A stretch of 63,491 bases of DNA from Nanobdellota archaeon (GTDB lineage Archaea; Nanobdellota; Nanobdellia; Pacearchaeales; GW2011-AR1): contig JAHITZ010000032.1 in NCBI GenBank assembly GCA_018817405.1, forward strand, positions 1 to 63,491, written 5' to 3'. Of the stretch, positions 43,583 to 56,500 are shown piece after piece. Below the pieces are notes generated by a model. The model ran no database searches. It had not been told where the DNA came from and worked only from the letters and a program-made list of their open reading frames with translations. Both the position numbers and the translations under genes were made by a program. How positions within the stretch are numbered: position 1 is the stretch's first letter; every line of letters begins with the position of its first letter.

Positions 43583-43728
43583 TAAATAAATCGCTAAATT
43601 CGCTATCCTCCTGGCAAGACCATTGGGTATTTGCCGCGAATTTCCAAGACGCGATTTCTAATTTTCTTTTTGAAAAAACGCGGCAAGACTGCGGGGTATC
43701 AAACCCCAAAAAGAAAATGAATTAATAA
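43583..43728 (+). repeat. Hairpin-rich repeat family B, copy 1 (long form)
   Basis: Near-identical to 48929-49074; nested stems AAATCGC/GCGATTT, AATTCGC/GCGAATT, ATTTTCTTTTTG/CAAAAAGAAAAT, GGGG/CCCC; GGCAAGAC occurs twice. Confidence 0.8.
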
Positions 43729-43899
43729 TTGTATATGTCGCTTGTTTGGACGTTTGGATGTGCAAAGTTGCATTCGTCCGCGCACTCGAGTGCGCGGTTT
43801 TCTGCAAAGCAAGTTTGGTATAATAGTATGGAAAGATTTAACAATATAAAATGCAATTGTATAACTGACGTATAACTGACAGATTTGAAAGGAGGTAAA

Positions 43900-44676
43900 A
43901 TGAGTGACGAAACAATTACAATAAAGAAAGAAAATCTTTGGAAATATTCTACTTTTGTTTTGGGAGCATTGGTCATAGTGATGGCGCTTGTGATATTTAC
44001 GGGCGACAATAGTTCAGTGACTGGGAATGTTGTTGCAAATCCTCAGCCAAGCCCAAGTCCTAATCAGCAAGCTCCAAGTCCTTCTGCAGAGCAGCAGAGG
44101 TCTCCACAAGTAGATGTTGGTGTTGATGACGACGCTGTTTTAGGAGATGAAAATGCTCCGGTTACAATAATAGAATTTTCTGATTACCAGTGTTCATTTT
44201 GCATGAGATTCTGGAGTCAGACATTGCCACAGATAAAATCTCAGTATATTGAATCTGGAAAAGTAAAATTTTCTTATAGGGATTTGCCATTGACAAGCAT
44301 ACATCCTTTTGCACAGAAAGCTGCAGAATCAACAGAATGTGTGCGCGAGCAAGGAGGAGATGAGGCATTTTGGATGATGCATGACAAGATATTTGAAAAC
44401 CAGGCGGGTTTGAATGATGAAAACTTAAGGATCTGGGCACAAGAAAGAGGATATAATATTGACACCTGTTTGAAGTCTGGCAAGTTTAGAGGAGAAATCC
44501 AGAAAGACATGCAGGATGCGCAAAGAGCTGGCGGAAGAGGAACACCTTACTTTATTATCAACGGAAAAACACTTAGTGGTGCATGTCCGTTCAACGCATT
44601 CCAACAAGCAATTGATGCAGAGCTTGCCGGAAAAGAGTGGTACAGTCCTGGAAGTTGTCAAATAACAGTGATTTAA
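43900..44676 (+). CDS. Membrane-anchored DsbA-family thiol:disulfide oxidoreductase
   Basis: GGAGG 5 nt upstream of the ATG at 43900; TM anchor; thioredoxin-fold CSFC active site. Confidence 0.8.
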   Translation: MSDETITIKKENLWKYSTFVLGALVIVMALVIFTGDNSSVTGNVVANPQPSPSPNQQAPSPSAEQQRSPQVDVGVDDDAVLGDENAPVTIIEFSDYQCSFCMRFWSQTLPQIKSQYIESGKVKFSYRDLPLTSIHPFAQKAAESTECVREQGGDEAFWMMHDKIFENQAGLNDENLRIWAQERGYNIDTCLKSGKFRGEIQKDMQDAQRAGGRGTPYFIINGKTLSGACPFNAFQQAIDAELAGKEWYSPGSCQITVI

Positions 44677-44759
44677 TTTTTTTGTTTTCTGTTTTTTATT
44701 TTGTTTTTGATTTACCTAGTTAACGTAAGTCTTTTAAGGCTGTTTTTATTTATTGTTTT

Positions 44760-45362
44760 ATGAGATTCTCACATCGTGAAAAAAAAGACTTGTTGTATGC
44801 TGGGTTATTGATTTCATTAGCCTTTGCTATTTTGCTTTCTGGAGGATATCGTGCGTTGTTATCGCTTAATTCTTCTTTCTTGGTGATTTTCTTTATTGCT
44901 TTCTTGACCGCTGGCCTTGGTTTTCTGTTGCATGAGATGATGCATAAATATGTTGCTCAGAGTTATGGATATTTGGCAGAGTTTCAGGCGTATTACCGGG
45001 GGCTTTATCTGGCGTTGGCGTTTTCGTTTTTTGGTTTTATTTTTGCTGCGCCGGGCGCAGTTGTTATCCGAAGTTACTCACACATATCGCGTGAGAGAAA
45101 CGGTAAAATCTCTTTGGCAGGGCCTTTGACTAATCTTGTTCTCGCGGTTTTGTTTTTGATTCCGCTTTTGTTAGTTAGTAATGCTGGTTTGTTAGGGGCG
45201 TTATTTAGCTATGGTTTAACGATTAACTCTTTGCTTGCGGCGTTTAATATGATCCCTGTGATGCCGTTTGACGGAGCAAAGATTAAGGATTGGAGTGTTG
45301 GTGTTTATGCGATAACTGTGATTGCTGCGGTTGGGTTGTTTGTTTTGGGATTGGTTTTGTAG
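44760..45362 (+). CDS. Site-2 protease family (M50) membrane metalloprotease
   Basis: HEMMH zinc motif and NMIPVMPFDG second motif, multi-TM. Confidence 0.75.
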   Translation: MRFSHREKKDLLYAGLLISLAFAILLSGGYRALLSLNSSFLVIFFIAFLTAGLGFLLHEMMHKYVAQSYGYLAEFQAYYRGLYLALAFSFFGFIFAAPGAVVIRSYSHISRERNGKISLAGPLTNLVLAVLFLIPLLLVSNAGLLGALFSYGLTINSLLAAFNMIPVMPFDGAKIKDWSVGVYAITVIAAVGLFVLGLVL

Positions 45363-45420
45363 AATTAAATAATTTTAAAAAGGAATATCTCGTGCCGCAT
45401 TGATGGGATGAGACGTAAAT

Positions 45421-45678
45421 TTGCTACCTACGAGAAAGAAAACTGCAAGTAATAGAGCGACAGAATTAGGCTCTGCTAGATATAGAACAAGGCATAAGAT
45501 ATGTGTGTTTAGTGCGCAATATGTTGATAGACCAGAAGAACTCACTTCAGAAAATCACAGTTATAATTCCTCAAGAGTTTTTACAGAAGGAGTAGAAGTT
45601 ATGGTTGATAAAAATTCAGGAGAGTTATATGTTGAGGGAAGAGGGCTGATGATCAAGTTTCAGACTATTCCAAATTAA
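45421..45678 (+). CDS. Questionable orphan ORF (TTG start)
   Basis: 85 codons, non-ATG start, atypical composition. Confidence 0.25.
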   Translation: MLPTRKKTASNRATELGSARYRTRHKICVFSAQYVDRPEELTSENHSYNSSRVFTEGVEVMVDKNSGELYVEGRGLMIKFQTIPN

Positions 45679-45700
45679 TTTTAATTATTCAACTAAAAAA

Positions 45701-47650
<1,950 letters not shown>

Positions 47651-47654
<4 letters not shown>

Positions 47655-47929
47655 TCTCTATCCTCCACCCTCGCAAGAACATCCTTGAAATCAACTATTA
47701 AAAGTTTTTCGCTGTTGAGTTCAAATTCCTCATTGCTGTAGCCGCCGTAAATTACTTTGTCTCCTTTTTTCAGCGGGATGAGGGAGCCATTTTTTAGTGT
47801 GCCAACTTCCTGCACAATGCCTTCTTTTTTTTCTTCAGAAGATTTTGGAAGATAGATTCCTGACTTGGTTCTTTCTTCTGCTTTAACTGGCTTTAAAATA
47901 ATTCTTTCTCCAAGTGGTATGAGTTTCAT
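47651..47929 (-). CDS. groS: Co-chaperonin GroES
   Basis: 92 aa; KLIPLGERIILKP.....KT.SGIYLP. Confidence 0.9.
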
Positions 47930-48023
47930 GGAATTAGTGTAAGATTGAAGTTTATAAGTTTTACTCTACTGGAGTTTATGTGTAAGACAGAGGTATATCC
48001 CATCCCAATAAATTTTATAGATA

Positions 48024-48317
48024 TTATGGTTCTGGATTGAAAGGAAGGTTGTCAATTCTTTTTTCTTTTTCAAGCAAGGCGGATTTTTTTAATCCTGCTT
48101 TTTCTGCAAGCACGTTAAAGGCTGCTTCTGTTGGGTCCCCGATTATTTCATATTCCTCCTTGCCATTAACTTGTTTCTTGATTAAAGTTGAGTTGTTACA
48201 AGCAGAGACTATGTGTAATAATTTGTATAGACGTTTGTTTTCCAGAGGGACAATTTGTTTATTGTTCTGGGAAAATTCCCCCTTGGGTGTCCAGCCGATT
48301 CCAGAAACAGTAATTTT
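48024..48317 (-). pseudogene. Internal fragment of a P-type (cation) ATPase N-domain, no start codon
   Basis: 97 open codons between two TAA codons: VSGIGWTPKGEF...LLHIVSACNNSTL...IIGDPTEAAFNVLAEKAG...RIDNLPFN matches the P-type ATPase nucleotide-binding domain pattern. Confidence 0.6.
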
Positions 48318-48504
48318 TTATTATTTATTGAAATTAATAATAACAGCCCATTAGGGTTAAGATGTTGATGCATACAATTATTTTTGATTAGTTTTTTTTA
48401 TTACTATTTTAAGTTGTATGGAAGGTCTGTGACTACACTAACTTAAAAAAACAAACATATATAAATGAAAATTACATGTAAAGAGTAGTAAAAGGAGGTT
48501 AAAA

Positions 48505-48843
48505 ATGTCTAAAAAACAAACTGGGAACATGCTTGGAAGTTGGGCCTTTTTGATTGGTGTCATCTTGGCATTGGTCTTTGGGCTTTTCGGCAACTTGAGC
48601 CCTGCTATAACATATGTTTTGGTTGTGCTGGGTATTATCATTGGTCTGTTGAACATTGCAGCAAAGGAAGCAATGCCCTTCTTAATGGCAGGCACTGTGC
48701 TTGTTATTGTGGCAACGCTGGGACAGGGTGTTGTTCAGATGGTTCCAATCTTCTATGTAGCTTTGCAAGCGTTGACAATGCTGTTTGTACCAGCAACAAT
48801 TATTGTAGCTTTGAAGCACGTGTTCAGCCTAGCACGAAAATAG
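48505..48843 (+). CDS. Small multi-pass membrane protein
   Basis: GGAGG 6 nt upstream; 112 aa, four hydrophobic segments. Confidence 0.5.
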   Translation: MSKKQTGNMLGSWAFLIGVILALVFGLFGNLSPAITYVLVVLGIIIGLLNIAAKEAMPFLMAGTVLVIVATLGQGVVQMVPIFYVALQALTMLFVPATIIVALKHVFSLARK

Positions 48844-48928
48844 AAAAAGATTTATTTTTTTAATTTTTTACTTATTGGATTTTTATAGTTTTGGGTAGGG
48901 GGAGAGTTATTAAAGAAGAGGATTCTTA

Positions 48929-49074
48929 AATAAAGAAATCGTTAAAATTAACTATCCCCATGGCAAGACACTTGGGTATTTGCCGCGAATTTCCAAGACG
49001 CGATTTCTAATTTTCTTTTTGGAAAAATTCGGCAAGACCGCGGTGTATCAAACCCCAAAAAGAAAATTATAATT
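48929..49074 (+). repeat. Hairpin-rich repeat family B, copy 2 (long form)
   Basis: Aligns with 43583-43728 by eye. Confidence 0.8.
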
Positions 49075-49213
49075 AGAATAAATAACCTTCTTTTTAATTT
49101 AACCTAATCCAAGACCAGAATTATAACTCAAAACAGAATGTAGGGGGGGTATCAGGATATTTATGTGCTCCTTAAAGTAGGTGTAACATTTTATTGTGTA
49201 ATCAAGATAATTA

Positions 49214-49465
49214 TTATTCATCCACAGCTTGTAAAAACTCTTCATCCATCATGACATAAGCGATTGTTTTATCTTCTTTGTTAAGGACTTCAACATGATA
49301 CTGACCGTTTGGAAGGATTACATTTACTTTTCCATTCATTCCTTTTTTTATTGCAAGGGGTTTGCCTGTTTTTTCTGGGTCAAATTCTGGGTCGTACTCA
49401 ATGTATTCTGGGTCTGGATCAATTAGAAGCTTGACTTTGGTGTGGCGTTTGAAGATGGTTTGCAT
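49214..49465 (-). CDS. Hypothetical small acidic protein
   Basis: 83-aa ORF. Confidence 0.4.
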   Translation of the reverse strand: MQTIFKRHTKVKLLIDPDPEYIEYDPEFDPEKTGKPLAIKKGMNGKVNVILPNGQYHVEVLNKEDKTIAYVMMDEEFLQAVDE

Positions 49466-49549
49466 ATTAAGTTTAGGATAATTAATTTAATAAAGGTTGT
49501 TATGCTGCATTATATATATCTTTAAATACTACTTTACTCTCTTATTACT

Positions 49550-49687
49550 ATGCAAAAAATAACAAAAAGTTTTCGAGTTGAGCCAAAACTTTGGACAGAG
49601 GTGAAGGTTTACTGTGCTGGACAAAACCTTGATTTGTCCTCTTTCCTTGAAGACGCTCTGAAAGAGAAACTAAAGAAGGCAAAATAA
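49550..49687 (+). CDS. Possible ribbon-helix-helix (CopG-like) mini-protein, 45 aa
   Basis: ATG at 49550, TAA at 49685; FRVEPKLWTEVKVYCAGQNLDLSSFLEDALKEKL resembles an RHH strand-helix-helix. Confidence 0.35.
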   Translation: MQKITKSFRVEPKLWTEVKVYCAGQNLDLSSFLEDALKEKLKKAK

Positions 49688-49710
49688 ATTTAGGTGATGG
49701 GAAGTATATA

Positions 49711-49968
49711 ATGAAAAATCAGATTATTTCAAAAGAACCTATTACAATATGGATTCGAGGATATGATAAAAGAGTTGTCGAACAACCATATTTGTTGAGG
49801 GCAACCAAAGTGGAATTAATGGGAAATGAGCTATATTTTTGTCTAAAAAAAGAATTAATCTTTAAAATTTGGCTTAAAGAAGAAAAATGGAGAAGCTACA
49901 AGAATATCAACGAAGCCCTAAAAGATGTGGATATTGAGGTTATAGGCAAAGACACTCTTAACTACTAA
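49711..49968 (+). CDS. Hypothetical small protein
   Basis: 85-aa ORF downstream of the RHH-like ORF. Confidence 0.4.
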   Translation: MKNQIISKEPITIWIRGYDKRVVEQPYLLRATKVELMGNELYFCLKKELIFKIWLKEEKWRSYKNINEALKDVDIEVIGKDTLNY

Positions 49969-50240
49969 AAAGTCATACGAAGAAATTTTAAAGGATTACT
50001 ACGATATTTTAAAGAGTTTAGCAAAATGAAAAAAGAAGATAAAATCAAAAAATGCAAGAGAATCTTGAAGCAAGTTGAGAAAGAATTAGCAGAGTTCAGA
50101 GACAAGAAAAAATGGTTTGAAAGGGAACGTGAAACCTATATTAAAAATCTGAAAAGCGAGATTAAGAAATTAGAAAAGAAAAAGTAACAGACTTTTTTTA
50201 CAAGGACTAGTTATTAAACAAAGCATATGCTTTTGAATTA

Positions 50241-50480
50241 ATGCGTGAGCGAGAAGAACCGACATTAAGGGAAAGCTTAAGAGTTATTGGAAGGCAATGC
50301 GTGCTTAAACCTCTGCAATATGTATATACTACCGGAGTGGCAGTACTTTATGTTGGTGCCAGATTACTTCTTTGTGATGACCGCGACCCTGCCAGACCAA
50401 TTGATGATTTTATGACTGTCTTTGAGGCCGGAAGACCCAATTGTCAAGATTTGCATTTACTTTCTCACGAACTAAAGTAG
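50241..50480 (+). CDS. Orphan ORF whose last 12 codons are supplied by repeat A copy 3 (likely truncated gene)
   Basis: The C-terminal CQDLHLLSHELK-stop is encoded within the repeat 50443-50515. Confidence 0.3.
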   Translation: MREREEPTLRESLRVIGRQCVLKPLQYVYTTGVAVLYVGARLLLCDDRDPARPIDDFMTVFEAGRPNCQDLHLLSHELK

Positions 50481-50515
50481 GGAGTTTACGCAAAATGCAA
50501 ATCTTGATGTATTAA
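50443..50515 (-). repeat. Repeat family A, copy 3: first hairpin module only, inverted orientation
   Basis: The reverse complement matches 30542-30614 with 2 mismatches in 73 nt. Confidence 0.85.
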
Positions 50516-50575
50516 TGAAAACCAGATAAAGGTTAATGTATAACTACTATATTTATGGACAACTATTTCTATCTT

Positions 50576-53500
50576 TTAATACCCCTTCCTCTTCCTAATC
50601 CCAAAGTAAATCCCTACAACAATCGCAGCTATTACCACAACACCAAGAACCACAAACAAAATCGTTCCTCCAGTCTTGCCAAGACCAAGAAGACCTTCAC
50701 CTTCTCCAGCAGCTTCTCCCTCATCAGCAGCTCTTCCAGTTACAGGACCTGTTCCTTCTTCTTCACCCTCTTCTTCTTCATCTTCACATATGCTTGAACA
50801 TCCATCTCCATCTTCAGTATTTCCATCATCACACTCTTCTCCAGTATTAATAATCCCATTACCACAAAGTTCTACTAAACCCCCTCCGCCGCTAGAACCC
50901 CCACCAATAACGCCACCATCAGCACCTGCAGTGAACTCATAATATGTGGAAAACTCACAGAATGGAACTTCCCAAACACAATTAGTTGCATCTTTTAATG
51001 TAGCTGATGAAGTCCTATCAGTACAGCTAGTTCCAGCGTCATTACAATGATACAATGTATCGCATGTTCCTGTAAATGGTACCTTAATCCTGCAAACCTC
51101 TGGATGCAAGTTGTTTATTATTTTGTCTCTTGATTCTGAATTCAATCCGACAAGTGTGCTAGTGCCAATAATATTATCATCGGCAGTGGTCAGGGTTCTA
51201 ACCTTGTCATTCAAGCCTGTTTTACTTACGCTTACATTCAAAAATTCAAAGTAAATAGTTCCATCATTTCTAGAAAGTTTTATGTTCATTGCTCTTGCAT
51301 CAGTATAATTTATCTTCATTCCTGCATTTACTCCACATACTTGTCCTTGAGAATGCTCGTAAGTCCCATCGCTATCAGCGTCATATGAAACATTCCATGC
51401 AGACGGTTCTTTCAATCTCAGGACAAAATTGCAATAACCGCAAGTGCTAGTGGTTGTTGTCCTAAACTTGCTGCACTTGCTTAAAGAACATTTGTTATTA
51501 GAATCACAAATTCTCAGTTTGTAGTAATAATCTGTACTAGCATCCAAGGCAGTAACTAATGAAGTTGCGCCATCATCATACAATGCAATTTGCTGCCATA
51601 ACTTGAACTCCCTAACAGTATTATTCTTCCTAATTCCAACGTCATAAACACTCTTGTTCAAAGTTTTACATGTTGAGTCATTCCCATAGAACTTAAGAGT
51701 TCCATTAACTGGTTTGCTTGACTCAAACATTAGCAAGGCAGCATCAGGATATTCCTCTACTCTAACACCTTTTATAACAGGCATAGTTGTATCTCCAAAG
51801 CTGCCATTATTTGTTCCCAAACTATTTGCAACACAATAAGTATTAAACTCACATGCCCAATCAGCGCAATCAACAGCACCATTTTCATCATCATCTACAC
51901 CATTATAACAATCTTCATATCCAACAAATCCTTTTTGTAAAATTTTCTCAAATTTTGCTGTATTTGCACCAAATTCCAATGCTCCTGTAAGCTCAAAATC
52001 AACAGCTCCAGGAGTTGCCCATGCAGGGCCTGCACTATCTGTTGGTGTAGTTATATCTCCAGTATCACCGATAGTTACAACATAAACCCTCATATCTCCT
52101 GTTGAGCTATAAAGTGTTGGGAACCTTGATAATTCACCTTTCTCAATCGCTATCATAGGACCTCCAATCTCATTGCACATCTTCTGTTTCCACGAGTTTG
52201 TTTTAATATCAGCAACTTTCCATTTGCTGTTATCGCACTTGTATGAAGTAAAAGTCTCTGTTGCTTTGCTATTGTTGTTATCCCATACTGAGGAATATCT
52301 TAGCTTAAATTCATATCCTTCTGAACCTGACAAGGATTCTATTGCACAACCATCTACAATACTGCCATCTGTATCAAGATAAACAATATATTTGACAGTT
52401 TCATTTCCATCTCCTGTTTTCTCTAAAGCTGTAGGTCCTCCTTCTTCTCCTCCTCCGCCTCCTTCCATATCCATAACAAACGAACTTATTTTTATCCTAT
52501 TACAAACAGATGAATTTTCAAAATTATAAACACGAGTCCCAAAGCCATAAGTGTCACCCATATCTTTCATGCCAAATCCGCAGATATCAACACTTGCTTG
52601 ACTAATACTCTCTGTTCCACAACCATCTATTCCAATAGGAGTAGGAGCTCCTGTTTCCATTTCGTCAAACATACCCATCATTCCAGTAGGATTGCACCAT
52701 CCAGTAAGCCATCTGCATCCGCTTCCACATGTTGCCTGAGTTGTAGCTGAGAAGCACGTTGGCTCACAACTACCCCAGGTAGTAGAATTACAGTAACTAT
52801 TATTATTACAAGCACTTGCATCAGTTTGCAATGTCGTATTACTCCAGCACTGGTCCATTATATTCGTGCAATAGCTTCCCCAGTCATCACTCTTAAACCA
52901 GCACCCATTTGTAACATTACATCCATCGGCATCACTTGCATATTGCCAACAATCTCCTCCTGCATTCCAATCTACTTCACACCACGGACTTGACTCTGAA
53001 AACCAACTGCAACTTATGTTTATGATTGTGCTATTTGTACAATAAGATTGATTGCCATCATATCTCCAACACTCTCCACCAATTCCTCCGCCACCAGCCA
53101 TTGCTCCAGTGTTAAAACCATCTTTTGGATTGCACCATCCATCATTTCTCCACCTGCATACACTATCTGCATCACAATTGGTCTGGTTATTAGAATTAGT
53201 TGAATTCCAGCAAGTTGCAGATTGTTGCTCTTCACACCACCCAGGATCTGCCATCCAAACACAGCCAGAAACAGCCTCGCATGCAGTACCAGAATTAGAC
53301 ATTGTTTCATTAAAGCAGGCTGGCTGACAATTTCCATCCCCTCCCCCGTATGTTTGCCATGTGCACTCAACAGAAGCACTATCACATTCACTTTCAGTCC
53401 ACACATTCCAACATTCATCATACAAACTACCACACCAGTTATTATTAGAATTCCACCAACAGCCATTAGCTGCTGTGCAATTACTAGAACCATATCCCCA

Positions 53501-56500
53501 GCAATCCATGCTATCTGTCCAGTTCACTTCACAATGTGGCTGAGACCACTCATCAGTGCGCCATGAGCAACCAGTTACATTACAACTAGAATTGCTGCTA
53601 TACTGCCAACAATCCTGCATTACAAAAGAAGAATGGTCACACCAACCCCCATAATTGTCACACCAATCCGTGCCATTTCCTCCTGTACTGCACCATGTAT
53701 CATTTGACCATGCACAGCCAGAACCACTTTGGTTGTTGCATCCACTTTCGCTACTATATCCAAAACAAACTTCTGCTATGCTCCAGTCCTGCTCACACCA
53801 TCCACTCCCACTACCTGCCTGCCATTCGCAAAACTGGGATTCATTCTTGTAATATTGATAAGAAACATTAGTATAGTTCCAAATCATATCCACCATAACA
53901 CTACTGTTAGTAAAATTAATAGTCTGCCTTGTGTAATCAACAGTATAATTCCCTATCAACAGCCCTCCAGTAACATTTGTTATATTTACAGAACCATTAA
54001 CCCAACCAGCACCCGGATAAGCCAGAGTGAGTGTATAAACTTCATTAATTTGATTTCCAATTAGCGACCGCGCCAATGTGATATTTAGTGATTCGTTAAC
54101 TTGAGTAATACTCCTGCATGTAGTCTCGCTACCATCATATCTCCAACATTGACTCCCTCTAAAGTCACACCAGCTTCCCCATCCATCACTAACCCATTCA
54201 CAATTACTATCTACATTACATGTATCTTCAGTATTCCAAACAAAACAATCTCCTGAAACCATTCCACAGAACGAATCTGCATAACATCCAGGGTCAGCAC
54301 AGTCTATCAAAGAATCAGAATCATCGTCTTCTCCATTCCAGCAGATTTCAACATCTCCTGCAATGTTAGCAACACAGCTTCCATCACTATCACCTCCCTG
54401 CCACTTGCAGCTTCCACTCTGGTTTGCAACATTTGTTCTCCCGTCATTAGTGCATGTGCTCTGTGTCTCACATCTGTCACAAGCATCTTTGCATGTTTCT
54501 GCATCTTTACCCAAACAATACCCTCCTGTTGTTGTGCTGTTATCATCCTCCCACTTACATGCAGTTGGATAGTCTTTACACCAACTTTCAGGTGTCTTTG
54601 TTCCATTTGCTCCAGAAGGATCCCCCATAAATGTGCATGCACCACAATTTGCAGTCCCGCACGTTTCAGCTACTCCTGTTGTAAATTCTGTCTTTGCTCT
54701 GCATTTTCCATATCCATTAGTTGCATTGCTATCTTCTGTAAACTCACAGAAACCTAAAAGAGAGGCATAACAAGCTTCTCTTGCAGCATCAGTTGAATTA
54801 TGTGCTGACCCATCTGATTTAGATTCACATGCAAAACACGCCTTATTGCAATTTGTTTCATCATCAAACTTGTGTTCACATCTTCCTGTCGGAACAGAAA
54901 TATTTCCAGCACAATAGTTTTCAGTTATCCATTTACCACCAATAGCCTCACAAGTCTTCTTATTTTCTATTGTAACTAAGCTTTGTGTGTTATTACCCCA
55001 AATATCAGATGTTTTTATTGTACATTTCGTAGGTGAGGTTGAATTGTCCCATTTACAAGGCCAATACCACGGAGTTCCTGCAAGAAGATCGCAATTAGAT
55101 TTAGTTGTGGCATCATCACACGAATCTTCTCCACTTGGCGTTCCATCAACATTGCTCCAACAAGATGCATCAAACTCACTTACCGTACATGTCCCGCTTT
55201 GCCAAGCACAACAAGAGGACAGTGCAGGAATGCTGTTGCACAAACTAGAACTGTTTATTATAGTGCAATTTATGCCATTAGCATTTATTGACAAATTATA
55301 TGCATGAGTTGAGTTAGTATCACACACACCAGTAGAATTATCGCACCCTATAACATAACCACATTCAGTCATATTATTATCAAAGATATAACATCCCGGG
55401 TTCCATTGATTTAATATACTTCCAGAGTCATCCACTGTGCTCCAATCAGGGTCTGTGCAATTCCCCCCCACACTTGGATCACTCCAGTCATTTGCCTGCC
55501 ACCAGCAATACCAACTATCATAGCATTGCATTTCATTTGTATAACTGCTGCAGTTTGTATTAGAAAAATCTGTTTCACACCATCCTATCCCTCCCGACAT
55601 ATTTACCCAGTTGCAGCTTAGCCCATATAAGCTCGCATTACCATTACAAGCTTCTTCACTTCCTCCGCTCCAAGAATCCCATGTCCAACAATTAACTTCA
55701 TCACACCAACCAGAAGTTTCCCAACTATCCCAAATACACTGGGTTCTATTCCCACATGTTGCAGAATCTGTAGCTGTCCAGCAATTATCTTCAATGCAAT
55801 AACCACTGTTCCATGTGCAATCTAGATTGTCAGTTGTATTAGAATTTATACATCCTGTTTGGTTTCCGTCAAAACTCCAACATCCAATTTCCTCACACCA
55901 TCCAGTGCTGGAAGAACCTATCCAATTGCAGTGACTTGCAGCATTGCATGTAGTAATATTATTATATAACTCATAACTCCAGCAGCTATCTTCAATACAA
56001 CTGCTTGAAGTATTTGACCAAACGCAATTCCTTCCATTCCAGGGATCTTTTTTAGCATTGCAAATATCTTCTCCCTCGCTGGTGTAATCCCAACAGCTTT
56101 TTGTCATACAACCTCCCCAAGCACACCCAGTTGTATTTTGACAAAGTGATTGATTATTTCCAATCCCCCAGCAGTCTGCATTTCCTCCTCCAGAACTAAA
56201 ACATTCATCTCTCCATTCACAAGACCTATCATCTGTGTTATTAACACATATAGCTTCGCTAGTTCCATCCCAAGTCCAACAACTTATCTCTTCACAATAA
56301 TACTGCGTCCCCCCGCCTCGCCAAGTACAATTCTTATTGGCAATGCTTGTAGTAGTACAATCATCTTGCGTCCACAAACTCCAACAGTTTAGTTCTTCAC
56401 ACCAACTTCCCCAAGGGTCACTTCTCCAGATGCATCCATTGGGGGAATCACACTGGCCTGTTGCATTGCTTGTGTACAAATAACAATTAGTTGCAGAAAC

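Noticed and set aside
48037-48354. 105-aa plus-strand ORF
   Set aside because: The opposite strand carries a recognisable P-type ATPase fragment, so this is its antisense shadow.
50555-56392. Many 60-160-aa ORFs on both strands within the giant protein gene
   Set aside because: They are alternative frames of a long repetitive Cys/Trp-codon-rich gene. The 2006-aa frame explains the region.
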